Origin: a virus
Lineage: Duplodnaviria > Caudoviricetes
Virus record (IMG/VR): IMGVR_UViG_3300043036_000121
Coordinates: 1 to 27,736 of that record
DNA: 27,736 bases
Strand: one strand, 5' to 3'
The translations under genes and the position numbers were made by a program. This document shows positions 7,398-16,930 of the stretch, piece by piece. Position 1 is the first letter of the stretch; every line of letters starts with the position of its first letter. A model generated the notes under the pieces. The model did no database searches. It was not told the origin of the DNA and worked only from the letters and a program-made list of their open reading frames with translations.

Positions 7398-7559
7398 TTA
7401 TTTCTTTTTACTTGGTTGAGGGACTTTAGTTCCTTTAAGCATGTGGTGTTTTTTGCATTTCTGCTCAACACTACATTTCTTTCTAGGAGGAGATTTTGCT
7501 TCTGCTGGTGTGTACATTAATGGCAATGCAATGCACAACACCCATAATAACTTCTTCAT
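7398..7559 (-). CDS. 53-aa secreted cationic peptide (not in ORF track)
   Basis: Hand translation: MKKLLWVLCIALPLMYTPAEAKSPPRKKCSVEQKCKKHHMLKGTKVPQPSKKK. ATGA overlap with the holin stop, signal peptide with A-E-A site, and it fills the gap between holin and phoH. Confidence 0.8.
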   Translation of the reverse strand: MKKLLWVLCIALPLMYTPAEAKSPPRKKCSVEQKCKKHHMLKGTKVPQPSKKK

Positions 7560-7888
7560 AACTCTGCGTCTTTCTGCTGGGGTATTGGTTTTGGAGCAGG
7601 TTTAGCTACATGAATTGCAGTTGTTACTGCTGCCTGTTGAGCTCCTAAACGTTCTTGAGTACGGCCAAAAGCGGCAATACCTAACACAGCACCCATTGCT
7701 AAATGAAATAAGCCAGCCCCTTGCAGTGTTAAGGGCTGCCATTGTGATAATGGGGTTTTTGTAGTTGCTTGTAAAATACTCCATAATATTGGAAATAGTA
7801 TGAAGTCAGTTATACACGTTAGCATATACATCCAACCCATTGCTGGACGCCATTTGGCATTCATCCAGTCTTCTTTTTTGTCTTCCAC
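7556..7888 (-). CDS. Putative holin (GTA-type 3TM holin-like)
   Basis: KWRPAMGWMY motif, two hydrophobic segments, G..AFGRTQE motif. GTG start after SD AGGAG. Lies in the lysis cassette. Confidence 0.75.
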   Translation of the reverse strand: MEDKKEDWMNAKWRPAMGWMYMLTCITDFILFPILWSILQATTKTPLSQWQPLTLQGAGLFHLAMGAVLGIAAFGRTQERLGAQQAAVTTAIHVAKPAPKPIPQQKDAEL

Positions 7889-7889
7889 G

Positions 7890-8375
7890 TTAACTCCTTG
7901 TGCTAAACTGAATTGTTAAAGCTACTACCGGTACTATTAAGGCTATACCTGCTATAAATAACATTATGTTCATAAAAGTATTATACATAGCCTCTTTGTC
8001 TCGCTGCTTTTTATCAGCTTCCAGCTTTTCAGCGGCATTACGCTCTTTGGTCATACGAGTACGCTCAGCCATCATTTCTTCCCATACTGGAGCATTTCCG
8101 CTCCAGAATAGCATATCTTTGAGTTCTTTTTCGTGTTCTCGTAATGCCTTTGAAGCCATTGCAATCTTTAAAGCATCTGAACTTATTTGAGCATCTGTTT
8201 TACCAATACTAGCAATCTTCATCTTAGTTGAAGCTACGTGTACCGCATCTGCATGACCATAAAAACTGCTAAACTCGTTTATCAGCCCTTTAATATCTTT
8301 GCCAAGGGCAACTGCTTTTTTGATACCGGCTACAGCACTTTGTGCCATAGCGAATGCTGTAAACGGATCAATCAT
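7890..8375 (-). CDS. Hypothetical membrane-anchored helical protein in the lysis cassette
   Basis: MIDPFTAFAMA N-terminus, charged coiled coil, C-terminal TM (IMLFIAGIALIVPVVALTI). Confidence 0.8.
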   Translation of the reverse strand: MIDPFTAFAMAQSAVAGIKKAVALGKDIKGLINEFSSFYGHADAVHVASTKMKIASIGKTDAQISSDALKIAMASKALREHEKELKDMLFWSGNAPVWEEMMAERTRMTKERNAAEKLEADKKQRDKEAMYNTFMNIMLFIAGIALIVPVVALTIQFSTRS

Positions 8376-8377
8376 AC

Positions 8378-8932
8378 TTACTCCTCAAAGATTTTCTTTT
8401 GCTGGTAGTACCAAGCCTGCCAACCTTTTACTTGCTCTACTACTTCGTAATAGGTTCCGTAATTTTCGGTGACTGTGGCAAGGAACTCACTTGCTTTAAC
8501 TTCGGAGGTTCCCGTAATAACACTGCTGGTGCTTCCGGGAACTTCATTTTGACTGGCGCTGTTGTTGAGCATGATGGCAGCACTAGTAAGAGTGCAGCTG
8601 TTATCAAGATCTTGGGCGACATATTTAGTAATGTATTCAACATTTGCTTTGGTTTTTTGTTTAACTACGTTAGTTCTGGTAACTACCTGAACCGCTATTT
8701 TTTGGTTGGCTTCCAAAGCCTTGGCTTCGGCTTGGGCGACTTGAGCTTCCATTTCCGCTACTCTGGCTTGCCACTGTGCTTCGGTTTGAAAACCGCTAAT
8801 ATACCAACAACTTAAGGCAACCAAAAGGGTACCTAAATTTCGGTATACAGCAGAATTTATTACACCTGCGCCAATTCCGACACTTAGGCTAACATAAAAT
8901 ACCCAGTGTGGAATAAATGCTAGTGCCCACAT
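8378..8932 (-). CDS. Rz-like inner-membrane spanin
   Basis: N-terminal TM segments, then Ala/Glu/Gln coiled coil (WQARVAEMEAQVAQAEAKA) and a periplasmic Cys. Overlaps the endolysin end. Confidence 0.8.
   Translation of the reverse strand: MWALAFIPHWVFYVSLSVGIGAGVINSAVYRNLGTLLVALSCWYISGFQTEAQWQARVAEMEAQVAQAEAKALEANQKIAVQVVTRTNVVKQKTKANVEYITKYVAQDLDNSCTLTSAAIMLNNSASQNEVPGSTSSVITGTSEVKASEFLATVTENYGTYYEVVEQVKGWQAWYYQQKKIFEE
8440..8622 (-). CDS. Rz1-like outer-membrane lipoprotein spanin nested in the Rz gene
   Basis: MSPKILITAALLLVLPS-C lipoprotein signal and Pro-rich mature part (FPEAPAVLLREPPKL), fully embedded in another frame of Rz. Alternative start at 8643. Confidence 0.7.
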   Translation of the reverse strand: MSPKILITAALLLVLPSCSTTAPVKMKFPEAPAVLLREPPKLKQVSSLPQSPKITEPITK

Positions 8933-9534
8933 AAGATTTCCTTGATATGCTCGTAGTGTTGGATACGATCTTCAAGGCCGATATATCCACCATTGATTCG
9001 TTTGGTCATGGCTTTTATGTCACCCTTATCTGCTAGATCGTTGAGATTATTAGTTTCCCAGAACCAGCAGGCCGACTGTACAGCACCTTCAAATGTTCCC
9101 AAGTATTCTGGAACATCTTCAATATTACCTTCTAGTGATTCTGCAAAAGCTAGGTAATTATCATGGCCAGTAAGTTGAATTAGCCCACGACCGCAGTATT
9201 TATACCCATCACCCGAATCTTCGCTTCCATTGCCCATACGGTTGGCATATACACGATTTGCAATCTTTGACGGATTGTTTGCGTACTCTTTGGCAAGCTC
9301 GTCAGTAGGAAAGTACTTAGGAAATACTTTGCGTAAACTTGTTGCACGGTAGTTTAAGTTTTCTTTGATTGCTTGGAAGCCGCCGGATTCATGCATGCAC
9401 TGGGCTAGGAAAGCTGCTTGACGCTCGGGCGTATCAATGCCGTAATCTGGTAGTACCTGTGTTAATGCATCGTACCACTGTTCCACATTGTGGTTGTTTG
9501 GTAAGATTTCTTTTAGTTGTTCAAAAGTTATCAT
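8920..9534 (-). CDS. Endolysin, glycoside hydrolase family 19 (chitinase/lysozyme-like)
   Basis: AAFLAQCMHESGGF, ENLNY, YANRMGNG, GRGLIQLTGHDNY, TKRINGG..GLEDR. Confidence 0.95.
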   Translation of the reverse strand: MITFEQLKEILPNNHNVEQWYDALTQVLPDYGIDTPERQAAFLAQCMHESGGFQAIKENLNYRATSLRKVFPKYFPTDELAKEYANNPSKIANRVYANRMGNGSEDSGDGYKYCGRGLIQLTGHDNYLAFAESLEGNIEDVPEYLGTFEGAVQSACWFWETNNLNDLADKGDIKAMTKRINGGYIGLEDRIQHYEHIKEILCGH

Positions 9535-9546
9535 TTTGAAATTCTT

Positions 9547-9588
9547 TATAAAAGTGCAGGGGTTTCTTGTAGTTGTCGAAACCCCTGC
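9547..9588 (-). terminator. Hairpin, putative terminator or attenuator upstream of the endolysin
   Basis: 11-bp stem GCAGGGGTTTC / GAAACCCCTGC followed on the - strand by ACTTTTAT. Confidence 0.55.
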
Positions 9589-9656
9589 GATTTAGGGTCA
9601 GTAAGCAAATTAGCTAACTTTAAAAATTCAAAGTATGTGGGTACATTAAACTTTTG

Positions 9657-10016
9657 TTAAGTATTTTCTACTATATCAATGGAGGCTTTCCAAGTTTGTG
9701 CTGCTTCATCCCATACGTAGTATATACCGTCTGTGGGCATAACCACTGGGGCTTCCCAAAGACAGGTTTCCGGATTTAGTGTCCAACTTGGGTAAGGTTT
9801 AGGCATAATAAATGCATCTAAAATAGAGTCATATGTATACCCTACTCCTGCATAATTTTTTCGTAAAGGAGTACCGCCTAGAATGTGTACGCCTCCGTAT
9901 GTGTTATAAGATGTTTGAACCCAACCAGTGCCGAACAAACCGCTATCAATAACGTCTTGTTCGGCTACAATAACTTGAGTAACCAAACCATCTTCTACTT
10001 TTGCAAAATGACTCAT
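9657..10016 (-). CDS. Tail-fibre-associated small protein (chaperone-like)
   Basis: MSHFAKV...WVQTSYN...LRKNYAG.GYTYD...PKPYPSW.L...W..P; follows a Gly-rich fibre-tip gene. Confidence 0.75.
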   Translation of the reverse strand: MSHFAKVEDGLVTQVIVAEQDVIDSGLFGTGWVQTSYNTYGGVHILGGTPLRKNYAGVGYTYDSILDAFIMPKPYPSWTLNPETCLWEAPVVMPTDGIYYVWDEAAQTWKASIDIVENT

Positions 10017-10022
10017 ATATTA

Positions 10023-10955
10023 TTAGAAAGTTAATGTACCAGTGCTAGTAAACTTATAAACTCTATAGCCTCCAGCAGTTGTAATAGAAGGGTTGCCTGT
10101 AGTTGAGGTCGCTAAACCAAACGTATCTGCATAACGAATAATAATAATACCTGAACCGCCTGCCTGTGAGTTACCACCAGCACCGCCACCTGTATTAATA
10201 GAACCTGCAGTATCTGCAGCACCACCGCCACCTAAGGCAGCACCTGCACCACCGCCTGACCATGGTTTACCTGCACCACCGCCAGAGTAGTAAGTAGCAG
10301 TACCTGATATACTAGATACAAGTCCGGCACCGCCTGCACCAGATGCTGTTATACCTGTAGCAGCTGTACCTGCCGCTCCGGCACCACCACCACCACCGCC
10401 CGATCTCCAAGAGGCACCATCGGTTGCTCCTGCTCCACCTACGTTACCTTGATTTGCTGGAGATGCTGAACCACCGGCACCTGCTGTGCCCCCTGTACTT
10501 GCACCGCCACCACCTGAACCACCAGTATTTCCAATATAATTTGGATTAGCTGAGTCACCGCTACCACCGCCACCGCCACCAACTGCTGTTATAGTAGTAA
10601 GGCCGCTACCGCTAATAGAAGAGTCTCCACCATTACCTGCGCGTGACCCAGCACTAACACCTGCAGTACCTCCAGCACCAATAGCAATAGCAATAGAAAT
10701 ACCTGCAGTAACTGAATAAGTTGCAGAGGTTAAGTATCCTCCAGCACCACCACCACCGCCACCATTTGAACCACCACTACCACCACCGCCTCCAACAACC
10801 AAGTACTCGATAGTGCTAGGCATAAGTACATACCCAGGCCAAGCTGCACGATTTTTAGACTGTAGATGTTCGCTTAGCCCCCATCTACCTGAAGCGCTAA
10901 CTGATGTAGGCGAAATATATGAGGAAGTTAAGATACCTCTTGAAAATTTTGACAT
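10023..10955 (-). CDS. Glycine-rich virion/fibre-tip protein
   Basis: EYLVVGGGGG...GGGGGAGG, NTGGGAGG, GGSGIIIIRY, YRVYKFTSTGTLTF: a phage Gly-rich domain. Confidence 0.85.
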   Translation of the reverse strand: MSKFSRGILTSSYISPTSVSASGRWGLSEHLQSKNRAAWPGYVLMPSTIEYLVVGGGGGSGGSNGGGGGGAGGYLTSATYSVTAGISIAIAIGAGGTAGVSAGSRAGNGGDSSISGSGLTTITAVGGGGGGSGDSANPNYIGNTGGSGGGGASTGGTAGAGGSASPANQGNVGGAGATDGASWRSGGGGGGAGAAGTAATGITASGAGGAGLVSSISGTATYYSGGGAGKPWSGGGAGAALGGGGAADTAGSINTGGGAGGNSQAGGSGIIIIRYADTFGLATSTTGNPSITTAGGYRVYKFTSTGTLTF

Positions 10956-10957
10956 AA

Positions 10958-11329
10958 TTAACTGATCGTTTCGTAGCTAGATACATAGTTGATTGCACCA
11001 CTAGTACCGTTTGTTACTACAATACTAGTGTTTTCTGGTAAGTAGACAAAGTTACCTTTGTCTATAATCTGCAGTGTAGCGTTACCAGGTACCATAATTT
11101 GAAAAGCTAATCTATAAGCTGTACCGCCACCAGCTGCTGCCGAGTGGACGGCTACCGTCACAGTTGCGGCAGTAGCAGTTACATTAGCTGCAGTTAATGA
11201 GTTAACCTTAATTACAGTACCACTAGATGCAGCATTAGTAATTAGGGTATTAGCGGTAATATTAGCAGGCGCTAAATACGTTGTTGCTGCTAATATTGAA
11301 GTTACGTTGACTATATTTGGATTTGCCAT
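10958..11329 (-). CDS. Small beta-sandwich virion protein (fibre adaptor-like)
   Basis: MANPNIVNVTSI...KVNSL..ANV...SYETIS; starts 7 nt after the fibre gene ending AIAMAMIFGG. Confidence 0.75.
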   Translation of the reverse strand: MANPNIVNVTSILAATTYLAPANITANTLITNAASSGTVIKVNSLTAANVTATAATVTVAVHSAAAGGGTAYRLAFQIMVPGNATLQIIDKGNFVYLPENTSIVVTNGTSGAINYVSSYETIS

Positions 11330-11336
11330 TTTATTA

Positions 11337-13253
11337 TTATCCTCCGAAGATCATTGCCATTGCAATGGCCTTGCCTGTTGTTATACCACCATTTACTGTT
11401 GACCATGTAGGTAAAGCATCTCCATTACTTGTCAGTACTTGACCAACAGTGCCGTATGCAGTACCTGTGGCACCAATACTTAAACCACCGTTTGCAGTAA
11501 TACGTAAACGTTCTGTGCTAGCTGCACCTAAAATAAGCGTATTGCTTAAACTTGAGCTATTAGTTAAGTTGTACCCAATAATAGTATTATTGCTACCAAC
11601 TGTACTACTAATCCCAGCATTAAAACCGACATAAACGTTATTACTACCTGTAGAGTTATTGTATCCAGCAGTACTACCAATAAAAGTATTGTTTATGCCT
11701 GAAGTTCCTGTTCCTGCTGTTAAAGCTCCGGCTAAGTAACCAATAGCAGTATTTCCTGTACCTACAGTCACTGATCTTAAAGCGGCATACCCTACTGCAA
11801 CAGTAGCGCCACCATTGGTAAGATTACGTAATGCATCAGTACCAATAGCAATATTACCATAACCACTTATACTACCACCACTATAAAGCCCTACGTCAAG
11901 ATAACTAGCTAAAGTTCTACTGCCCACAGCTACATTACCTGTACCTATTGGATAAAAATATATTGTGCAAACTAAATTACTTAAGTTTATAGAACGAGGA
12001 TTAGAAACTACAGTAACGGTAGTTGATGTAGACGATGCAACCCTACCTACTACATACGTAGTAAATGGTGATGCTGACATGGCAACTAGTACAGGTTGCC
12101 CTGGTTGCGGTGTACTATAAGCAGTACCTAAAGTTGTGTTTAATCCTGTAAAAGTACCGCTGCTAAGTGTAATTGTATTGCCTGATACGGTTGCGGTAAC
12201 GCCAAGGGTTTGACTAACCGCTACTTCACTTAAATCTGTACTACCAAGTAACGTTCCTGCAGTTGTTCCAGTTGCCGGAGTTGCGCTACCACCACTTACT
12301 GTTGTCCAAATTGGAGCAGCATTGCCTTGACTTGTTAATACTTGTCCACTTGTACCATAATTTGCAGCACCGGCTAAGCCCCAAGCTCCGGTATTAGTAA
12401 TACGCAAGCGTTCCGTATTAGCAACACTTAAACCAATATACGCTCCTGCACCTCCGGCAGTACCTAGTGCGGATAGCCATATATACCCATTATTTCCAGC
12501 AGTACCTCCACCAGAACCTGAACTTAGTAGTAAGTTACCTCCATCAGCAGAAGTTGTGCTACCAAAACCAGCACTAGCAGCTATTGAAACGTTAGCACCT
12601 GCTTGACCAGCAAGTTGTGCGGCACCGCCAGCAATCGTTACGCCACCAGGAGCTGAGCTTGCAAATAAAGTATTGCCAGCACCACCAGTAATATTAACTA
12701 CGCCACCGTATACTGCTGCACCGCTATTAGCATTATTGCCAGAACGTCCGCCAATAATATTAACAGCACCACCTTTACCAGCTGCAGTACCATCACCACC
12801 TGTACCGCCTGTAATAGTGACTGCATATGCAGTTCCAGCAGTAGTTGATGAGCCTGCTCCAGTAAGTGTTAGTTCTGTAGCAGCTTTTGCAGTTACAGCA
12901 GGTACACTTACTGTACTAGTAAATGTACCTGTACCAGTAACCGAGAGATTACCATTAGTTAATGTTAAACTATTATTATTAATAGTAAAAGGTACATTAA
13001 TACCAAAACCGGTACCAGATGCGTAAAGCGTACCCCAAACACTAGTTCCAGCAACATCCACAAATTGAATCGAACCATAAATACCGTCAGGACCGTCAGA
13101 TCCTTGAATACGTACTGCGGTGCCACCATATGTAGGGTTCGATATTAAGCTTATTCCATTAGTAAATGAAGGTATAACAGAGGTTGTTGCACCACGAGCT
13201 GTAACCGTTGCTAGTGTATCATTTCCGCCACTAGGGCTTATAATTAATGACAT
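11337..13253 (-). CDS. Tail fibre/spike protein with trimeric-adhesin-head-like repeats
   Basis: G/A/T-rich. Repeated N(T/V)AIGY.AL units and two copies of TERLRIT..G....YGT.GQVLTS.G...P.W.TV. Confidence 0.8.
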   Translation of the reverse strand: MSLIISPSGGNDTLATVTARGATTSVIPSFTNGISLISNPTYGGTAVRIQGSDGPDGIYGSIQFVDVAGTSVWGTLYASGTGFGINVPFTINNNSLTLTNGNLSVTGTGTFTSTVSVPAVTAKAATELTLTGAGSSTTAGTAYAVTITGGTGGDGTAAGKGGAVNIIGGRSGNNANSGAAVYGGVVNITGGAGNTLFASSAPGGVTIAGGAAQLAGQAGANVSIAASAGFGSTTSADGGNLLLSSGSGGGTAGNNGYIWLSALGTAGGAGAYIGLSVANTERLRITNTGAWGLAGAANYGTSGQVLTSQGNAAPIWTTVSGGSATPATGTTAGTLLGSTDLSEVAVSQTLGVTATVSGNTITLSSGTFTGLNTTLGTAYSTPQPGQPVLVAMSASPFTTYVVGRVASSTSTTVTVVSNPRSINLSNLVCTIYFYPIGTGNVAVGSRTLASYLDVGLYSGGSISGYGNIAIGTDALRNLTNGGATVAVGYAALRSVTVGTGNTAIGYLAGALTAGTGTSGINNTFIGSTAGYNNSTGSNNVYVGFNAGISSTVGSNNTIIGYNLTNSSSLSNTLILGAASTERLRITANGGLSIGATGTAYGTVGQVLTSNGDALPTWSTVNGGITTGKAIAMAMIFGG

Positions 13254-13261
13254 ATTAACCC

Positions 13262-16060
13262 TTACTTAGAAGTAGCATCGAACCAGCAATCTGCTGCACC
13301 GATAGTTTTGGTAGGACCAGTTGATGAAGTTGTTACAACTATACCGTTCGAGAAAGCTCTGCCGTATACACCCCAATCAAACGAGAAGTTTGAGCTTGCA
13401 GGTACATAGAATGTTACAACTGGAACTGCTGCGTCAGCAGGTAGTGTAGCAGAATTATGTAGTTGAATAAACTGACCACTGGTTTTGGAATTATAACCGT
13501 TTAAGGTATAAAGTGTACCCGCACTAGCTTTGATAATTAAACTTGCTGCATATGCAGTTGTGGTAGTATTTGTATTTGCGTTGGTTGTTGCACCTGTTAA
13601 TTCAACAGCACCTACAATAACACCGGAATTGGCTGTTAGTTTACCAATTGCATTAGTACTTGCACCTAATTTAAGTGCCCCGTCTGTAGCAACAAATAAT
13701 GGTCTAACTAATCCACCACCATCAACACCAGCTACTACTACAGGATTACCAGTAGCTGTGGCACCACTTGCTGCAGTACCGACTGCAGTAACTGTACCGT
13801 CAACAGTTATGGAACCCCCACCATCAGCTATGTTTAAGGCACCAGCAGTACTTGCCCATAATCTAACAGCATCCCCTACAGCAACCGCAGTTGGGGCTGT
13901 TGTTGAAGCATACGCACCCATTTGCTGAACAAAGGAGCCAGCAGCGTCATCATGAACTGCTGTAGATTTTAAGTTAACTAAACCTTGTGAATTACTTGCA
14001 GATAGTCTAACAGTTACTGAACCAGAAGTCCAGCCAGTTGCTTTAACTTTTACGTGTGTAGCACCATCGCCAGCACTAAGTGAGTAAGCAGCACCTACAG
14101 TAAAAGCTGTTAATGTGCTTATAGCGTCACCATTAGCAGAGTTAAAGAACTGTGTTACTGACCAGTTTGTACCGCCATCATAAGAAGCATATGGTGTTAA
14201 GGTAACGCCAACAGGGGTAGCTGTTGCGGTTACTACAACTGAGGCTCCTAAGTTACCATTTAGTGCTTGTACAATTTCAGCATTTAAGGCACCAAGTGCT
14301 GTTGCAGTGCCTAGTGATTCTAGAGGTTTAATTAACCAGGGAGTTGTATTGGCTGTATTACCTGGTTGTACTGTCCATGTACCTGATTGAGTAGCTGCTA
14401 CTGTTCCGCTAACAGGTACGATATCATTAGTAGCAATAGTAACACGTTGAGTACCTGCATCACGAACACCTGTGTTCATGGAGATAGCTTGACCATTCAT
14501 TTGAGTCAAGCTTGTAATAGTACCTGTAACAGGAACTGCAGCAGCACGTAATTCAGTGTTAGTTAGTGGTCCAGTAACCGGAGTACTAGGCATTGTAGCA
14601 ATTGAAACTGGCTGGGTTGCTTGCCAGAATGTACCTGTAACACCGTGTGTAGGTACTGAAGCTAGTGAAACTGGTTGTGTTGCTTGATAAAAAGTACCAT
14701 CAACTGTTATGCTGCCCCCGCCATCAGCTATATTTAGCGCGCCACTAGTTGTTGCCCATAATCTTACAGCATCACCACTTGCCGAAACTGCTGTTGGTGC
14801 TGTTGCAGATGCAACAGCAGATACTAGTTGAGCATAAGTACCCGCTACACTATCATGTACAGCTGTAGATTTTAAGTTAACAAGACCTTGAGAATTGGAG
14901 GCCGATAATCTAACAGTTACTGAGCCAGTAGTCGCACTAGTTGCTTTTACTTTTACGTGTGTAGCACCATCACCTGCAGAAATAACATATGCATCACCTA
15001 TGGCAAAAGTAGTAATTGTTGCTTGCTCAATTGCATCGGTTAGAATAAAGAAACTACTAACTACCCAGTTTGTGCCGCCATCGTAAGAAACATAAGGTGT
15101 TAAGGTTATCCCAACTGGAGCGCTAGTAGCCGTTATAACTGCGCTAGCACCTAGGTTACCGTTTAAGGCTTGAGTAACTTCAGCGTTAAGAACCCCAAGA
15201 GCTGTGGCAGTTCCCAGCGATTCAACCGGCTTAACTAACCAAGGAGTTGTATTAGCTGTATTACCTGGCTGTACTGTCCATGTACCTGATTGGGTAGCTG
15301 CTACTGTTCCGCTAACTGGAACTGGTGTAGCGCGTAGCTGTGTGTCGGTTAGGGGTCCACTTACTGGAACTGCTGCTGCACGTAATTCGGTGTTAGTTAG
15401 AGGCCCAGTAACCGGAGTACTAGGCATTGCGGCAATTGAAACTGGCTGGGTTGCTTGCCAGAACGTACCTGTAACACCGTGTGTAGGTACTGAAGCTAGT
15501 GAGACTGGTTGCGTTACTGCGCTACCATCAACACGTAATGCACCACTAGTAGTTAAACTAAGTGCATTATCTGTATTATTTGTATAAGCGGGTGCAGCTG
15601 TTGTTACTGCTCCGTATCCGCGACTTTGAAAGTTACCCGGAGTACCGCTAGTAACAGTTATAGTTTCTAGCGCTGTTAGTGAAACAGTACCTAAATCAAC
15701 AGTACCAGGTAATGTAACACTAATATTTTCTAGCGCTGCTAAGGAAACAGCCCCTAGTTCAACAGTACCACTAACTGTTGCATTTAAGTTTGCTGCTGTT
15801 GCTTGAGTAACTGTTACGCTACCGCTAACAGGCTGAGTTGTTTGCCAAAACGTACCGCTAACTGGTTGTGTTGCTGGATAAAACGTACCGCTAACTGGTT
15901 GAGTTGTTTGATAAAACGTACCTGTTACTGCAACTGCGGGTTGATTACTAGCTAAGACTACACGTTGTGTACCTGCACTAGCATTGCCTGTGTTGGTGTC
16001 TACTTGGGTACCGGCAACTTTTTGTAAATTGCTTGATGGATTTGATGAGCCTTGTGCCAT
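13262..16060 (-). CDS. Large repetitive fibre-like virion protein (932 aa)
   Basis: Repeated GTF(W/Y)QATQPVS units, a large internal tandem duplication and a globular C-terminal domain. Confidence 0.8.
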   Translation of the reverse strand: MAQGSSNPSSNLQKVAGTQVDTNTGNASAGTQRVVLASNQPAVAVTGTFYQTTQPVSGTFYPATQPVSGTFWQTTQPVSGSVTVTQATAANLNATVSGTVELGAVSLAALENISVTLPGTVDLGTVSLTALETITVTSGTPGNFQSRGYGAVTTAAPAYTNNTDNALSLTTSGALRVDGSAVTQPVSLASVPTHGVTGTFWQATQPVSIAAMPSTPVTGPLTNTELRAAAVPVSGPLTDTQLRATPVPVSGTVAATQSGTWTVQPGNTANTTPWLVKPVESLGTATALGVLNAEVTQALNGNLGASAVITATSAPVGITLTPYVSYDGGTNWVVSSFFILTDAIEQATITTFAIGDAYVISAGDGATHVKVKATSATTGSVTVRLSASNSQGLVNLKSTAVHDSVAGTYAQLVSAVASATAPTAVSASGDAVRLWATTSGALNIADGGGSITVDGTFYQATQPVSLASVPTHGVTGTFWQATQPVSIATMPSTPVTGPLTNTELRAAAVPVTGTITSLTQMNGQAISMNTGVRDAGTQRVTIATNDIVPVSGTVAATQSGTWTVQPGNTANTTPWLIKPLESLGTATALGALNAEIVQALNGNLGASVVVTATATPVGVTLTPYASYDGGTNWSVTQFFNSANGDAISTLTAFTVGAAYSLSAGDGATHVKVKATGWTSGSVTVRLSASNSQGLVNLKSTAVHDDAAGSFVQQMGAYASTTAPTAVAVGDAVRLWASTAGALNIADGGGSITVDGTVTAVGTAASGATATGNPVVVAGVDGGGLVRPLFVATDGALKLGASTNAIGKLTANSGVIVGAVELTGATTNANTNTTTTAYAASLIIKASAGTLYTLNGYNSKTSGQFIQLHNSATLPADAAVPVVTFYVPASSNFSFDWGVYGRAFSNGIVVTTSSTGPTKTIGAADCWFDATSK
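13795..15511 (-). repeat. Tandem intragenic duplication, two copies of about 0.8-0.9 kb
   Basis: The block [43 protein letters not shown]...[12 protein letters not shown]...ALNGNLGAS...[15 protein letters not shown] occurs twice, with long near-identical DNA stretches. Boundaries approximate. Confidence 0.9.
15820..15925 (-). repeat. 33-bp tandem repeat, 3 copies
   Basis: [33 protein letters not shown]; + strand unit resembles aaacgtaccgctaactggttg. Confidence 0.85.
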
Positions 16061-16061
16061 A

Positions 16062-16391
16062 TTACGATACCTCTACGCCAAATGCGCAAAATGTTACTGT
16101 TGCCAGTGTTGAATAAACTCTGATTTTATCAGTAGCGGCTAGGGTCATGCCAATGGTAATTGCATAAGTTGAATTACCATCAATTGCTTGGTCGTAGTAT
16201 AAGTACTGAGTATCTGCATTTGTGGCACCTGCTTGTGCTATGCTAATTCTAAAACTGGTAGCGGTGGCACTACGATTGCACACAGTAAGCGTACTAACTG
16301 TTGTGCTTGTTGCAGCCGGTACCACATACAAGTCTGTTAGTGTTGCTGCACTTGGAGCTGATTGACCTAATACTTTATATGCTTCTGCCAT
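16062..16391 (-). CDS. Small beta-sandwich virion protein (fibre adaptor-like)
   Basis: [26 protein letters not shown]...STLTVCNR...FGVEVS; starts 1 nt after the gene ending FMMMGA. Confidence 0.78.
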   Translation of the reverse strand: MAEAYKVLGQSAPSAATLTDLYVVPAATSTTVSTLTVCNRSATATSFRISIAQAGATNADTQYLYYDQAIDGNSTYAITIGMTLAATDKIRVYSTLATVTFCAFGVEVS

Positions 16392-16392
16392 A

Positions 16393-16620
16393 TTAGGCTC
16401 CCATCATCATAAATAGTTTAGCACTAACAGAATTAGTTGCTGGAATACCTGCTGTAAGCTGCGTGGTACCATCTGGAAACTTAAATCCACCACTATTTGA
16501 GTAGACTAAGCCACTACTTGTTAAACTGGCTGCTGTTATTGCACCTGTACTGTCTATAACGTCAGTAGGAGTTGAACCTACTGACAGCCCTTGTCGAGCA
16601 TTAAACTTAGAATTTGCCAT
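16393..16620 (-). CDS. Short fibre-linker protein (75 aa)
   Basis: KFNARQGLSVG N-terminus, GGFKFPDGTTQ.TA fibre motif, hydrophobic C-terminus LFMMMGA. Confidence 0.72.
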   Translation of the reverse strand: MANSKFNARQGLSVGSTPTDVIDSTGAITAASLTSSGLVYSNSGGFKFPDGTTQLTAGIPATNSVSAKLFMMMGA

Positions 16621-16650
16621 AGGTTCACTTTCCCCCGTTAGCGGTTAAAA

Positions 16651-16920
16651 TTAAATATCCGTAGCACCTTCGAATTCAGGGCGCTGTTTTGCGATTGTGT
16701 AAAGTTGTTGACGATCTGCACCGGCAACATACTCATCACCAGCTACTTGAAATTTAGCTGCTGCAATTGGTTGTTTGTTAGCATCACGTGCTTCTTTGTT
16801 GGCGTAACCGTAAATGGTTACTTCTGTTCCGCGACCTTTAAAATCTTCTTGAACAGCACCGATGTTCCAGTAGGTAGCATCTACGCCGAAGTCTGTGGAA
16901 ATTGACTTATTAATAGCCAT
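16651..16920 (-). CDS. Hypothetical tail-associated protein (89 aa)
   Basis: MAINKSISTDFGVDATYWNI...Y...K..PEFEGATDI; operon position downstream of a fibre gene. Confidence 0.75.
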   Translation of the reverse strand: MAINKSISTDFGVDATYWNIGAVQEDFKGRGTEVTIYGYANKEARDANKQPIAAAKFQVAGDEYVAGADRQQLYTIAKQRPEFEGATDI

Positions 16921-16930
16921 GTTATACTCT

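Noticed and set aside
15820-15925. 33-bp periodic repeats as a CRISPR array
   Set aside because: Contiguous coding repeats with no unique spacers, no leader and no cas genes.
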